DNA of 64,000 bases from Desulfatiglandales bacterium (GCA_963667015.2 CAXXJJ010000004.1:3904001-3968000), one strand, 5' to 3'; shown: positions 1-11,798, numbered from the stretch's first letter. The notes: a model not told the origin generated them from the sequence alone. Translations and numbers: made by a program.

Positions 1-401
1 TCCTGATATTTTGAGATTGCATCATCATATTTTTTTTCGAGAACATCGATATAGGCCATTTGAGGCAGAGTGAGATCTGCCACACTTGACATTTTATAGT
101 CTGCCAGGACCTTCGCAAAGTTTTCACGGGATTTTGTGAGTTCTTCCTCGTTTTTGTCAGCCATCATATTTTCGGAGATTGCATAATATCCGACATTATA
201 TGCGTCCTGGGCCTTTGAATTAAGGTTTTTAAAATAATAATTAGCGCCTATAAAAATGAGGATAACAGCAAGAATGCAGTAGCCCACGATCTCCATCTGC
301 TTTTTGTGTTCACCCGCGTACCTGAGCATCTTGCCTGAAAAGGTAATAAACTCATCGTTAGTTGATAAAAGTTCTTTTCTGGATTTTTTTGCTTTTGCCA
401 T
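1..401 (-). CDS. YfgM-like membrane-anchored tetratricopeptide-repeat protein (partial, runs off window)
   Basis: Own translation from ATG at 401: MAKAKKSRKELLSTNDEFITFSGKMLRYAGEHKKQMEIVGYCILAVILIFIGANYYF...; basic N-terminus, one TM helix, then TPR-like helices; open to base 1. Confidence 0.7.
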   Translation of the reverse strand, partial: MAKAKKSRKELLSTNDEFITFSGKMLRYAGEHKKQMEIVGYCILAVILIFIGANYYFKNLNSKAQDAYNVGYYAISENMMADKNEEELTKSRENFAKVLADYKMSSVADLTLPQMAYIDVLEKKYDDAISKYQ

Positions 402-564
402 TTGATTCCCTCTTTCTGGAAAGTGACCAACCCTGATGATGCCCGGGGATTATCAGAAATCCTCTATCGGTGCATTCCGGACAGATTCGTAACAGACCCA
501 CTATTTTCAGTCAAGTGAAAAGATTTCTTGTTCAAAGCTATATGTAAGATTATACTTCCTTTTT

Positions 565-1170
565 ATGAACTATATATTAGAACATCTCGATAAAATGCCT
601 GACATTCTTGTCTATCTTGTCCTGGGATTCAGTGCATTTATGGAAAATATTTTTCCCCCGGCCCCCGGTGACATGGTTGTGGCATTCGGAGCCTTTCTGG
701 TCGGGGCAGGGCGTCTTGGATTTTTCGGGGTATTTATTTCCACAACCCTTGGAAGTCTATTAGGCTTTATGACGCTTTTCGGACTTGGGGGATATCTTGG
801 CCGCAGGTTTTTTATTGAACGTGATTTCTTTTTCTTTAAAAAGGAAGACATTATTAAAACCGGTAACTGGTTTAAGAAATACGGATATTTTATTGTCTCC
901 TTTAACAGATTCTTTCCGGGAGTACGTTCCGTGATATCAATAGCCGGCGGTATATACAAACTGAACCGGATAAAGGTGGTTTTCCTTGCCCTTTTAAGCG
1001 CGGCCCTATGGAACCTTATCTGGATGGGCATTGGATATACACTCGGCAGCAACTGGGAAAAGGTAGAAAATGAGCTTAAAACGATTTTTACACGATATAA
1101 CATCGTAGTTTTAAGTCTGTTACTGGTTCTTTTTGTGTATGTTATTTTTAAAAGAAATAAGCAGAAATAG
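565..1170 (+). CDS. DedA family membrane protein
   Basis: ENIFPPAPGD and RFFPGVR motifs; hydrophobic segments. Confidence 0.9.
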   Translation: MNYILEHLDKMPDILVYLVLGFSAFMENIFPPAPGDMVVAFGAFLVGAGRLGFFGVFISTTLGSLLGFMTLFGLGGYLGRRFFIERDFFFFKKEDIIKTGNWFKKYGYFIVSFNRFFPGVRSVISIAGGIYKLNRIKVVFLALLSAALWNLIWMGIGYTLGSNWEKVENELKTIFTRYNIVVLSLLLVLFVYVIFKRNKQK

Positions 1171-1184
1171 ATCCGATATCAGGG

Positions 1185-1213
1185 TTGACACTTGGATAAT
1201 GTAATTTTAGTAT
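1185..1213 (+). promoter_or_regulatory. Putative sigma70 promoter for purA
   Basis: TTGACA-17 nt-TAGTAT upstream of purA. Confidence 0.5.
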
Positions 1214-1343
1214 ACTCAGTGGTTCAGCGCAGTGCCCCGGAATAAAATCCGGGAATAAAATCTCCGGAGATTTTCCGGAAATTTTTTTGCCCGAATACTG
1301 CCATGGAGTGAACCATATAAAATATGTATTCTCAGGAGAATAA

Positions 1344-2642
<1,299 letters not shown>

Positions 2643-2710
2643 ATGTTTTAAATCCAGATCAGTTAAACTCCCTTAGTAAATGGATGGAGTTAATTGTTAA
2701 TAATATACCG

Positions 2711-2788
2711 GCGCAAGGTACAGGGCGCAGGGCTCAAGGAAAGGCTCTAAAATGTTTTTCCCTGTGCCTTGGGCCCTGCGCCTTGCGC
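2711..2788. repeat. Intergenic inverted repeat built from heptamer units (REP/MITE-like)
   Basis: gcgcaag-gtacagg-gcgcagg-gctcaag ... cctgtgc-cttgggc-cctgcgc-cttgcgc. Confidence 0.6.
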
Positions 2789-2844
2789 CATTTAGTTAGA
2801 AGAACATAAGTAAATTTAAAAAACAGTATTCGTAAAATAAGACT

Positions 2845-4725
2845 ATGCCTGTAATTAACAAACAATACGACGTCATTGTCGTCGGAGCCGGCCATGCCGG
2901 CTGCGAAGCAGCCCTTGCTGCCGCCAGAATGGGGCACCCTGCGCTGCTTATCACTGTAAACCTTGATCATATCGCGGCCATGAGCTGCAACCCTGCCATA
3001 GGGGGTCTGGCAAAGGGACACCTTGTAAAGGAGATAGATGCCCTTGGCGGTGAGATGGCAAAAAATGCAGATGCCACCGGTATACAGTTCAGACGCCTTA
3101 ACACAAGAAAGGGTGTTGCTGTACAGGGGTCCAGGTCCCAGAACGACAGGGATCTCTACAGAAAAAGAATGAAGTCAATAGTCGAGGAACAGGAGAACCT
3201 GGATTTAAGGCAGGCAATGGTAGAAAGGCTCCTTGTTAAAGACAATACAGTCCACGGAGTTGAAACCCAGATTCACGAGCGCTTTCTTGGCAAAACAGTT
3301 ATCCTTACAACTGGGACATCATTAAGGGGACTGATTCATGTGGGGCTTGATCATTTTTCCGCAGGCAGGATGGGGGACCCGTCTGCAGAGGGTCTTTCAG
3401 GACATCTTGCTGAGCTTGGCTTTGAGATAGGAAGACTGAAAACCGGAACCACCCCGAGGCTCAACAGCCGGACAATAGACTATTCCGGCCTTGAAAGGCA
3501 GGACGGGGATGAAAACCCGAGGCCGTTTTCCTTCACCACAAAAGAGATTACCCTGCCGCAGCTTCCCTGCTATATAACCTATACAAATGAAAAGACCCAT
3601 GACGCAATAAGGGCGGGGCTGGATAAATCACCCCTTTACAGCGGCATAATAGAAGGCGTGGGAGCAAGATACTGTCCATCCATAGAGGATAAAATAGTAC
3701 GTTTTGCAGACAGGGAAAGACACCAGATATTTCTTGAGCCGGAAGGCCTTGATACAAATGAGGTCTACCCCAACGGCATGCCCACTAGCCTGCCGGTCGA
3801 TGTACAGGAAAAGATGGTAAGGTCTGTGCCGGGGCTTGAAAGGGCGGAGATATTGAGGCCGGGTTATGCTATCGAATATGATTATGTAAATCCGATACAG
3901 CTCAAACCAACCCAGGAAACAAAACTGATAAAAAACCTGTACCATGCAGGGCAGATAAACGGCACTTCAGGTTATGAAGAGGCTGCGGCCCAGGGCATGC
4001 TGGCAGGGATCAATGCCGTATTAAAAATTCGGGGAGAAGAGCCCCTGATTTTATCAAGATCCGAGGCATACACCGGGGTATTGATTGACGATCTTGTTAC
4101 AAAGGGAACAAAGGAACCCTACAGGATGTTTACATCAAGGGCGGAATACAGACTTCTTTTAAGGGAGGACAATGCCGATGCCCGGCTGAGAAAAACAGGC
4201 TATGAACTGGGCCTTGTATCGGAGGACGTTTACAGGGAATTCCAGGACAAGATGGCCAGGGTAGAAAAACTTGAAAACATTCTTAATGAGATCAGGATCA
4301 GACCGGATGCATCTACCCTTGATAAGCTGAAGGACATAGGGACCGCACCAATAAAAAATCCTCTGCCCCTTGGCCAGCTTTTAAGGCGGAGCGAACTTTT
4401 CTATGAAAATCTCTTTGTCTTTGCGCCTGATCTTGCCGAACATGATGCCGCGATATTTGAAGAGGTTGAAACCAGAATAAAATATGAGGGTTATATAAAA
4501 CGCCAGCAGGAATATGTGGACAGATCAAAAAAGATGGAAGACACAAAGCTTCCGGAAGACCTGAATTATGATGAGGTCTATGGCCTCACAAGGGAGGTAA
4601 AGGAGAAACTCAACACGATCAGGCCGATTAATCTTGGGCAGGCATCCAGGATTTCGGGGATAACCCCTGCCGCCATAATGGCACTTCAGATACACTTTAA
4701 AAGGGTACAGCGCGAGAGTGAATAG
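2845..4725 (+). CDS. mnmG: tRNA uridine-5-carboxymethylaminomethyl(34) synthesis enzyme MnmG (GidA)
   Basis: GAGHAGCEAA, SCNPAIGG, RYCPSIEDK, GQINGTSGYEEAAAQG. Confidence 0.99.
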   Translation: MPVINKQYDVIVVGAGHAGCEAALAAARMGHPALLITVNLDHIAAMSCNPAIGGLAKGHLVKEIDALGGEMAKNADATGIQFRRLNTRKGVAVQGSRSQNDRDLYRKRMKSIVEEQENLDLRQAMVERLLVKDNTVHGVETQIHERFLGKTVILTTGTSLRGLIHVGLDHFSAGRMGDPSAEGLSGHLAELGFEIGRLKTGTTPRLNSRTIDYSGLERQDGDENPRPFSFTTKEITLPQLPCYITYTNEKTHDAIRAGLDKSPLYSGIIEGVGARYCPSIEDKIVRFADRERHQIFLEPEGLDTNEVYPNGMPTSLPVDVQEKMVRSVPGLERAEILRPGYAIEYDYVNPIQLKPTQETKLIKNLYHAGQINGTSGYEEAAAQGMLAGINAVLKIRGEEPLILSRSEAYTGVLIDDLVTKGTKEPYRMFTSRAEYRLLLREDNADARLRKTGYELGLVSEDVYREFQDKMARVEKLENILNEIRIRPDASTLDKLKDIGTAPIKNPLPLGQLLRRSELFYENLFVFAPDLAEHDAAIFEEVETRIKYEGYIKRQQEYVDRSKKMEDTKLPEDLNYDEVYGLTREVKEKLNTIRPINLGQASRISGITPAAIMALQIHFKRVQRESE

Positions 4726-5116
4726 GGGCTGAAAGTGTCAAATAAAATTGTACGCCTCACTATAACTAACCTATTATAACTTAATTAAATGACATAATAC
4801 CCATTTATTATTTCAATTTATTCCAAAAAAAATGGATAAACATGTAAAGTTTTAAAAAGGACATGTCGATTATAAATATAGAGGGTTTGATACTCTTTTC
4901 TCCTACTGCCCCCCACTGCTTTTTCAGGGTCGGGGGCCTCCCTTTTTAAAGCCGGAATATTTAAGGAAACGTAGGGGCGAAAAATTTTTCGCCCTTTGAT
5001 ATCCAGCAGTATAGATTTCATATCAATATCCGAATTGACATATCTACCTGATAATGTCATTAAAAATGACAACAGCATCTTTACAGAAAATACACCTCTT
5101 AATTTGACTGCGCGTT

Positions 5117-6280
5117 ATGACGACAAATAAAATACCGAATGAGATTGCAGACCATACTCCAGAATCTGACCTGGAAGGAATCATTAAAAAAATATCCAGT
5201 AAATGTATCAGATGTAATAAATGCCTTGATGAATGCATTTTTATCCGAAAGCATGGAAAGCCAAAAGATATTGCGGATAATTGCAATCCCCTTGATTCAG
5301 CCAGCCTTCAGATAGCCTTTGAATGCAGTCTTTGCGGATTGTGTGAGGCAGTCTGCCCGGCAGGGATCGATCCGGTGTCCATGTTTATTGAAATGAGGCG
5401 GGAGGCAGTAAAAAAGAATCATAATATCCTGAAGAAATATGCCGGGCTTACGGCCTATGAAAAGATCGGGACATCAAGACGCTATTCCTGGTACGCACTT
5501 CCCCAGGGCTGCGACTCCATATTTTTCCCCGGATGCACACTCTCAGGCACAAGACCTGAAACCACCTTTAAAATCTACCAATACCTTAAACATACAGTTT
5601 CAAATATTGGAATTGTTCTGGACTGCTGCACCAAACCCTCCCATGATCTTGGAAGACAGGAATATTTTAATGCCATGCTGTTAGAAATGACATCCTGGCT
5701 CAAAGAACAGGGAATAAAACATATATATGCAGCCTGCCCCAACTGCTACAAGGTGTTCAGGGACTATGCAAAAGAGTTTAGTATTCATACAGTATACGAA
5801 CATATGGCAGAAAAGGAATTTCCTGTACCGGAAAAAATATCCGGAAACATAACCGTGCATGACCCATGTGTTATCAGAAAGGAAAAAGAAATACATTCGT
5901 CTGTAAGAAATCTTATAGAACAGATCGGACTTGATATAACCGATATGCCGCATTCAGGTATAAACACCGTATGCTGTGGTGAGGGCGGGGCAGTAGGGAA
6001 CCGGTCACCAGAGCTGGCCCAGAACTGGATCAATATAAGAAAAAATGAAAATAAAGGCAGCCGGGTGATTACTTACTGTGCAGGATGTGCGGGCAAGCTC
6101 AGAGCATCCATGCCGTCAAGCCATATACTTGATCTTCTGTTTGATCCTGAGGCTGTAATTGCGGGAAGGGAGAAGGTATCGAAACCTCCATTCACATACT
6201 GGAACAGGCTGAGACTGAAGAAAAAATTGAAGAAGGAAAAGGATATTGTAATATCCAGAGAGAGGGAATACCTACCCTGA
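5117..6280 (+). CDS. Fe-S oxidoreductase (2x4Fe-4S plus two CCG domains; HdrD/GlpC-like)
   Basis: CxxCxxCxxxC twice, FFPGC, DCC, HDPC, CCGEGG. Confidence 0.85.
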   Translation: MTTNKIPNEIADHTPESDLEGIIKKISSKCIRCNKCLDECIFIRKHGKPKDIADNCNPLDSASLQIAFECSLCGLCEAVCPAGIDPVSMFIEMRREAVKKNHNILKKYAGLTAYEKIGTSRRYSWYALPQGCDSIFFPGCTLSGTRPETTFKIYQYLKHTVSNIGIVLDCCTKPSHDLGRQEYFNAMLLEMTSWLKEQGIKHIYAACPNCYKVFRDYAKEFSIHTVYEHMAEKEFPVPEKISGNITVHDPCVIRKEKEIHSSVRNLIEQIGLDITDMPHSGINTVCCGEGGAVGNRSPELAQNWINIRKNENKGSRVITYCAGCAGKLRASMPSSHILDLLFDPEAVIAGREKVSKPPFTYWNRLRLKKKLKKEKDIVISREREYLP

Positions 6281-6298
6281 CGAAAAAAGTTCATTCCA
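6163..6298 (+). repeat. Direct repeat copy 1 (3' end of Fe-S gene)
   Basis: ggaacaggctgagactgaagaaaa...ggatattgtaatatccagagagagggaataccta..tgacgaaaaaag.tcattcca recurs at 7244-7341. Confidence 0.9.
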
Positions 6299-6431
6299 TT
6301 AAGATTAATACAACGAGAATAGATTGTTCGTTATATTAGAATTAACGTCTTGACAAAATATTATTTATTTGTATTAATATATACAATTATTTGGATTTAA
6401 TCATACATAAAATTGTATTTAACAGTACAAT

Positions 6432-6527
6432 ATGACATATCAATTAGATAAAAATCACCTTTTGAGTATTCTTCAGGAATGGAATCGCTTCCTCGAATTG
6501 CTTAAAGAAGAGGGGCTTTATGGCTGA
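6432..6527 (+). pseudogene. 31-aa ORF, probable internally deleted nucleotidyltransferase-type toxin gene
   Basis: MTYQLDKNHLLSILQEWNRFLELLKEEGLYG*, stop overlaps next ATG; family assignment from recall only. Confidence 0.4.
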
Positions 6528-7191
6528 TAAAAAGCTATTATCCGATTTAACAAAACTTGGTGTTCCAATGTTTGAGACAAGTGAAGAACCTGATGTTAAC
6601 AGTACGCTGGCAAAGGTAGTAAAGAGCAATGATACTCGCCTGTGGGAAGGTTTTCCTGTACTGTTAGCCAATGCTGCTGAAAAATATGGGTTTTCATTAG
6701 ATCAGGTTGAAAATGAATTGGATAAAAGAGAACAGAAAGAAGTTTTTAATAACTTAGTTCTTTTAAGTGGCGCTTTGTTCTCCTGCTTTCACCTTTCATT
6801 CCCCTGGTGGAATAAATTAAAAAAAAATCTAAGCAAAGAAGATAAAGACCGAGTAAGAGAGTGGAAAAACTCTTTAACTCATGACCAGAACGTCAAATTT
6901 ATGGATGTAGAATTTGACCCGACGCGCCTGAAAAATATGTTTGATCTCTACTTTGAAAAAAAGGTTGAAAAAGGCAAACGTCAAAAAGAAAAGTATGAGG
7001 AACTTTCTCTTGAATATGCTCTCTCACAGTTATTTCCGCCAAAACAAAAGGAGCTTTTTAAAAAAAAGCTGGAAGGCCTGCCTTTAACAAAGACCGAACA
7101 GGAATATTTCTCACGGCGAGTTAAGAAAAAGGTTGTTGCTCTTGCAAATTCCGAGTTGCATAGTCTCTCGAAAAAACTTGTAGAATTTTAA
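6520..7191 (+). CDS. Hypothetical helical protein, possible antitoxin/regulator of a TA pair
   Basis: 223-aa ORF coupled to the upstream mini-ORF; no catalytic motif seen. Confidence 0.6.
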   Translation: MADKKLLSDLTKLGVPMFETSEEPDVNSTLAKVVKSNDTRLWEGFPVLLANAAEKYGFSLDQVENELDKREQKEVFNNLVLLSGALFSCFHLSFPWWNKLKKNLSKEDKDRVREWKNSLTHDQNVKFMDVEFDPTRLKNMFDLYFEKKVEKGKRQKEKYEELSLEYALSQLFPPKQKELFKKKLEGLPLTKTEQEYFSRRVKKKVVALANSELHSLSKKLVEF

Positions 7192-7205
7192 AAAGCTCCC
7201 GTTCC

Positions 7206-7341
7206 AGGAAGTGAAACAGTATCAAGATCGCCATTTATATACAGGAACAGGCTGAGACTGAAGAAAAGGTTAAAGAAAAAAAAGGATATTGTAATATCCA
7301 GAGAGAGGGAATACCTATCCTGACGAAAAAAGCTCATTCCA
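7206..7341 (+). repeat. Direct repeat copy 2 (diverged copy of Fe-S gene 3' end)
   Basis: Near-identical to 6201-6298 over ~98 bp, weaker match upstream. Confidence 0.9.
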
Positions 7342-7686
7342 TATATGCTCGAGATATCCAATGCTTTAATAATAAAGCAAAAACTTGGATACATAGCAGT
7401 GATCTGCAATTCAACCACTCTAAATCCCCCCAATTTTTATAATATCGGAAATTATTTCGCAGCAAAATATCATTCCAATATGGAACAAATATTCGCATTT
7501 TCAATTTACACAGAACAGGGTAACAAGATGACTTTTCTTTGATTTGTCTTGAATATTCACTAGGATATGCTATTAGTGTGGATAGTCTTGCCAAACATCA
7601 AAAAAACGCTGCAAATGCCTTGTATAGTATAAATTCACCAAAACCGGTTATTTTTTCGCAATGAAATAATAGCTATGTTGGACACT

Positions 7687-8883
7687 ATGAAAACAGAATT
7701 CACATTTATAAATGAATTAAAGGCAATCCACCCGAAAAATCTTATTGAACAACTTCAGGCAGAGGATCGGCCTGATTTTTGTACGTTCTGGAATTTAAAA
7801 AACGAGATCAAACCAGTGGATCTTTACTGTTATCTGTTTGCACGCTTTGGCCCTCCTAATGGCATACAAAACTTTCTACGTGGAGATCATTCTGATAACC
7901 TTATTCACTGGGAATGGGCTCTTCAGTGTAAAGATCGTATTCTACTGATCCAGGGACAAAATTACCGAACAGAGTTATGGGTTTCCGGAAATGTGCTACC
8001 ACCCGAAGCCTTAAAAGATCTTGTTACCGAATTTAAAAGCGATTTTTCTGAGTATGGCCCTAAAATGGGAAAAGTAAGGAAGGCGCTTGAACATTGGGTT
8101 GAATTCATCAATCCATATCAAAGAATACGGCGCTCTGTTGAAAGCCTTACTAAGGAATTGGAAAGTCTGAACCTTAGTGATAAGGGCTTTGATAAAAAAG
8201 ATCTTGCTGACTATGAATCTCCAGAAGAGTGTGCCAAAGATTGGAAACGCCAAGATAGCCTCTATAGCCGAGCCACTGGTTTGTGTTTCGGCATCCGGTC
8301 CATGTTACCTGTCATGGCGGAAGCGTTTGTTAACCTTCTTTTATACATGCTTATGAAGCCAGAACTTAAGAAGGACGACCGGCTTAGGGAAAATATAATC
8401 CGGCAACCTATCGACATACGAATAAAAAGCCTTCCCAATAACTGTATCGGATTCGAAACAGAAGTGGATTATTCAACAGAGGCCTGTCGACGTTATCACA
8501 CTATGGTCAATGAAAGGAATGATTTACTTCACGGCAATGTTGTATTGGACAAATTAAAGTTTAATGAAATTTTTTTCAATGGCCGTGTTCCAGTATTTCA
8601 AACCTACTCAACGATGTGGGATCGCGCATTTGGTCTATTGCAGCGCTCTGTGGGTTTAGAGTTATTGCAACAAGAACGGGAAACAGTTGAAAGTCTGATC
8701 GAATACATCATTTCCTGTCTTGAGGATAAAAAGCAAGACCAAGTTCGGGTTTTTTGTGAACGTCATGAGCTGGGTATGTGTCTCGATGATGGTAGGCTCG
8801 GAGTCCTGTTTCCTGGGCATTTATCTGATATGAAGCTAGGACCAAGGGTAACACGAGATAACGCGTCCAACAGCATTGAGTAG
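7687..8883 (+). CDS. HEPN-motif protein in a solitary integron cassette
   Basis: RNDLLH (RxxxxH) motif; GTTGGAC at 7677 complementary to GTCCAAC at 8865. Confidence 0.6.
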   Translation: MKTEFTFINELKAIHPKNLIEQLQAEDRPDFCTFWNLKNEIKPVDLYCYLFARFGPPNGIQNFLRGDHSDNLIHWEWALQCKDRILLIQGQNYRTELWVSGNVLPPEALKDLVTEFKSDFSEYGPKMGKVRKALEHWVEFINPYQRIRRSVESLTKELESLNLSDKGFDKKDLADYESPEECAKDWKRQDSLYSRATGLCFGIRSMLPVMAEAFVNLLLYMLMKPELKKDDRLRENIIRQPIDIRIKSLPNNCIGFETEVDYSTEACRRYHTMVNERNDLLHGNVVLDKLKFNEIFFNGRVPVFQTYSTMWDRAFGLLQRSVGLELLQQERETVESLIEYIISCLEDKKQDQVRVFCERHELGMCLDDGRLGVLFPGHLSDMKLGPRVTRDNASNSIE

Positions 8884-8934
8884 GATGTAAATTCTACTGT
8901 ACTCCATTTGCACCTCTCATGCTGAAAGTTAAAA
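8865..8934 (+). other. attC-like site
   Basis: GTCCAAC-agcattgagtaggatgtaaat...atttgcacctctcatgctg-aaa-GTTAAAA imperfect hairpin. Confidence 0.65.
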
Positions 8935-9225
8935 ATTGCATATACCCTGCCATGACAACATCAACCATGCATACAATACAGATCAATAGCAGATATATGT
9001 AATTATAAATTATACCTTCTTGGGCAGTCTTTACTTGAATATAGTCAGTATATATAGCAAGTAATCTTAATATTTGACGACTTTATAGATGTTGCCAAAT
9101 GAAGGAATATATGCTTTAAAAAACCTTAATAGTATTTCTAATCATATCCTAGAACAAAAAATGCCTCGGGGTATAATTATTTTCAGAGTTATCCAATAAC
9201 CGCATAATGTCCATTTTATTGGGCG

Positions 9226-11571
9226 ATGGAGAGTATTTCGGGGAGTTGGAATATGAATCCTGTATATATTGATTTACATATTCATACGTCAAGTGATCCA
9301 CAATCACTCGACCCTAATTATGACGTGGAGAAATTAAAAAAAAAGATTGATGACTATAGTGGCAACTCAGTATCCCTAATTTCTTTAACAGATCACAATG
9401 CCATCAATACTCAGGCATATCTGAAAGCAGATAAAATATTTGATAATCTCTTAGTCGGTGCGGAACTCCATGTAAGGCATTATGATGAATCTAAGCCTTA
9501 CCACTGCCATATTTATTTCAAAACGGAGAGTATCACAGAAAGCAAACTCGATAGCTTGAACGAGATATTGGATCAGCTATATAAAAAGAAAGTAGTTTCA
9601 GCTGATAATGAAATACCCAAATTAGAAGATATCATAAATGCATTTGATGGAGAAGAATTCTTACTTCTACCACATGCCGGGCAATCTCATTCCACTTTCA
9701 ATACTGCAACTTCAAAAGACAAAAATTTTGACTCCACATTAGAGCGAAATATCTATTACAACCACTTTGATGGATTCACAGCAAGAAGTGACAAGAAAGT
9801 TGAGTATATTAAGGCCTATTTTGAACGACTTGGAATCCATGAATTCACAAATCTGATTACCTCAAGTGATAATTATGATGTGAATTCCTACCCTAACGCT
9901 AAGGATTCGAAGGCTCCACCATTTGTGCCAACTTGGATGCTTGCTCTACCAATATATGATGGATTAAGACTCTCGCTGTCAGAAGCTACAAGGTTTGTAT
10001 ATGGTAATAAACCAGATATTTGGAACGAGCATATTAAATCAGTTAAGCTAAATAATGAAAATATTGATATTTCAATTGATTTGACGCCCGGCCTAAATGT
10101 TGTCGTCGGAGGTTCATCAAGCGGGAAAACACTATTGGTAGATTCGATATATAGAGCAATTGAAAAAGATTTCTCGGAGAGCCCTTACAAAACAACAAAT
10201 TATGATGTCACAAATTTGGTGGTAGTAAACCCATCAAATTTAAGGCCACACTATATAAATCAGAATTACATAATTAAGGTCTGTGATCAGAAGGATAAAC
10301 ACACCTCAATTTCAGATATCGAATTATTGAAAAGGATATTTCCTGATGATACAGAGCAGAACAATAAAATTGATAAATGGCTGGGCGACTTAGGAAAGCA
10401 CCTCGGCGGCTTGGTTTCAGCAGTTGAAGGAATTGAATCCCTTCAAAGTAAACTAGAAACAATACTTCCTTTATCAAGGCTGATCATTATTAAAAAGATT
10501 GATGCAAATCCTTTATTGGATGTTGTCCCTGGTAATAAGACGCTCAAGACGTTTACTTATAGTGATTCAGCATACGATCATCATTTAGAAGCTTTGACTG
10601 AGATTGATGAGTTTCTTGAGAAAGATCCTTTAGTTGAACATGACCATGAATTGATTGTGAAATTAAAGGGCGAAATTACGCAAGCCAATCTGAGATCAAG
10701 AAACGAAAAGCGTATTCGGAAGATAATCCAAGATGAAAAGAGAAATATAGATAACGTAAAAACAGACCTTGATAAAGAGTCAGCTACAAAAACACAAAAT
10801 ATGGATAGCTTGATAGAATGTATAAGGGAGTATTCAAGACTAAATAACCTATTCTACAAAGCTTTAAAAGATATTTCAGAATATTCAGAGATAGTTAAAA
10901 CTCAAGAAGTTGTTTCAATGGGGCATAAATTATCTATTGAAAATAACTTTGAATTATCAAGAGACAAGTTCTTAGAAGTAATAAATGGAATTTTAAAACA
11001 GCCTTTCCAGATAGACTCTTTTGAAGAGATCACACCCGAATCACTTTTTAAACATAAATTTAAACACAAAGACCCAAAAGTTTATACATATGATGAGTTT
11101 AAAACAATTGTGAATTCAAGATTCTCACTATTGAACAAGAAAAAATACAGGATTAAAACAAGAGCTGGACATGATTACGATACACTTAGCGCAGGCTACA
11201 AAACTTCTGTAATCCTAGATCTGGTTTTGGGTTCAACAGATGATATTGCCCCACTGATAATCGATCAGCCGGAGGATAATCTTGCGACGTCATACATAAA
11301 CAGGGGATTGATCCAAGCCATAAAAGCCGGCAAATCAAGAAAACAGATATTGTTAGTTTCACACAATGCCACTATACCAATGTTAGGAGATGCTCAAAAT
11401 GTAATCCTCTGTGAAAATAATGAAAGTAAAATCACAATTAGATCTAATCCACTTGAAGGCTCAATTAACGAAAAGTCTGTTGTAGACATTATTGCGGATG
11501 AAACGGACGGGGGAAAGAGTTCAATCAAAAAGAGAGTTAAAAAATATAATCTAAAAAAGTTCAAGGAGTAA
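9226..11571 (+). CDS. PHP phosphoesterase + ABC/SMC-type ATPase fusion (TrlF-family / Ppl-like defence protein)
   Basis: DLHIHT, LTDHN, PHAG, SSD (PHP); GGSSSGKT, LSAG, IIDQPEDNL, VSHNA (ATPase); start may be ATG 9253. Confidence 0.85.
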   Translation: MESISGSWNMNPVYIDLHIHTSSDPQSLDPNYDVEKLKKKIDDYSGNSVSLISLTDHNAINTQAYLKADKIFDNLLVGAELHVRHYDESKPYHCHIYFKTESITESKLDSLNEILDQLYKKKVVSADNEIPKLEDIINAFDGEEFLLLPHAGQSHSTFNTATSKDKNFDSTLERNIYYNHFDGFTARSDKKVEYIKAYFERLGIHEFTNLITSSDNYDVNSYPNAKDSKAPPFVPTWMLALPIYDGLRLSLSEATRFVYGNKPDIWNEHIKSVKLNNENIDISIDLTPGLNVVVGGSSSGKTLLVDSIYRAIEKDFSESPYKTTNYDVTNLVVVNPSNLRPHYINQNYIIKVCDQKDKHTSISDIELLKRIFPDDTEQNNKIDKWLGDLGKHLGGLVSAVEGIESLQSKLETILPLSRLIIIKKIDANPLLDVVPGNKTLKTFTYSDSAYDHHLEALTEIDEFLEKDPLVEHDHELIVKLKGEITQANLRSRNEKRIRKIIQDEKRNIDNVKTDLDKESATKTQNMDSLIECIREYSRLNNLFYKALKDISEYSEIVKTQEVVSMGHKLSIENNFELSRDKFLEVINGILKQPFQIDSFEEITPESLFKHKFKHKDPKVYTYDEFKTIVNSRFSLLNKKKYRIKTRAGHDYDTLSAGYKTSVILDLVLGSTDDIAPLIIDQPEDNLATSYINRGLIQAIKAGKSRKQILLVSHNATIPMLGDAQNVILCENNESKITIRSNPLEGSINEKSVVDIIADETDGGKSSIKKRVKKYNLKKFKE

Positions 11572-11573
11572 TC

Positions 11574-11798
11574 ATGAAAATTTGCTTTAAGAAAAATGAT
11601 GAAAATGAAATATCAGTGGTTGAAATCAAGAATGGCGAAGAAATTGAATTCAAATATGTAAATATGATTAAAAAACTCATCAGTAGGGAAAAGCTAGAAG
11701 AGCCCGCCACTCAAGGAGATTTTTCAGGTGCCGAAATTGAAAGCATCCGCAGGATGGCAAATCTAATAAATCAAGAGGTCGATGAGTTTGAGAAATAG
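11574..11798 (+). CDS. Small hypothetical protein coupled to the PHP-ATPase
   Basis: Starts 2 nt after the upstream stop, AAGGAG RBS. Confidence 0.65.
   Translation: MKICFKKNDENEISVVEIKNGEEIEFKYVNMIKKLISREKLEEPATQGDFSGAEIESIRRMANLINQEVDEFEK

Noticed and set aside
248..430. 60-aa minus-strand ORF and other short antisense/overlapping ORFs in the track
   Set aside because: Alternate frames of better-supported genes; no independent evidence.
9198..9225. dif-like site (ccgcataatgtccattttatt)
   Set aside because: The XerD arm match is too poor to support.
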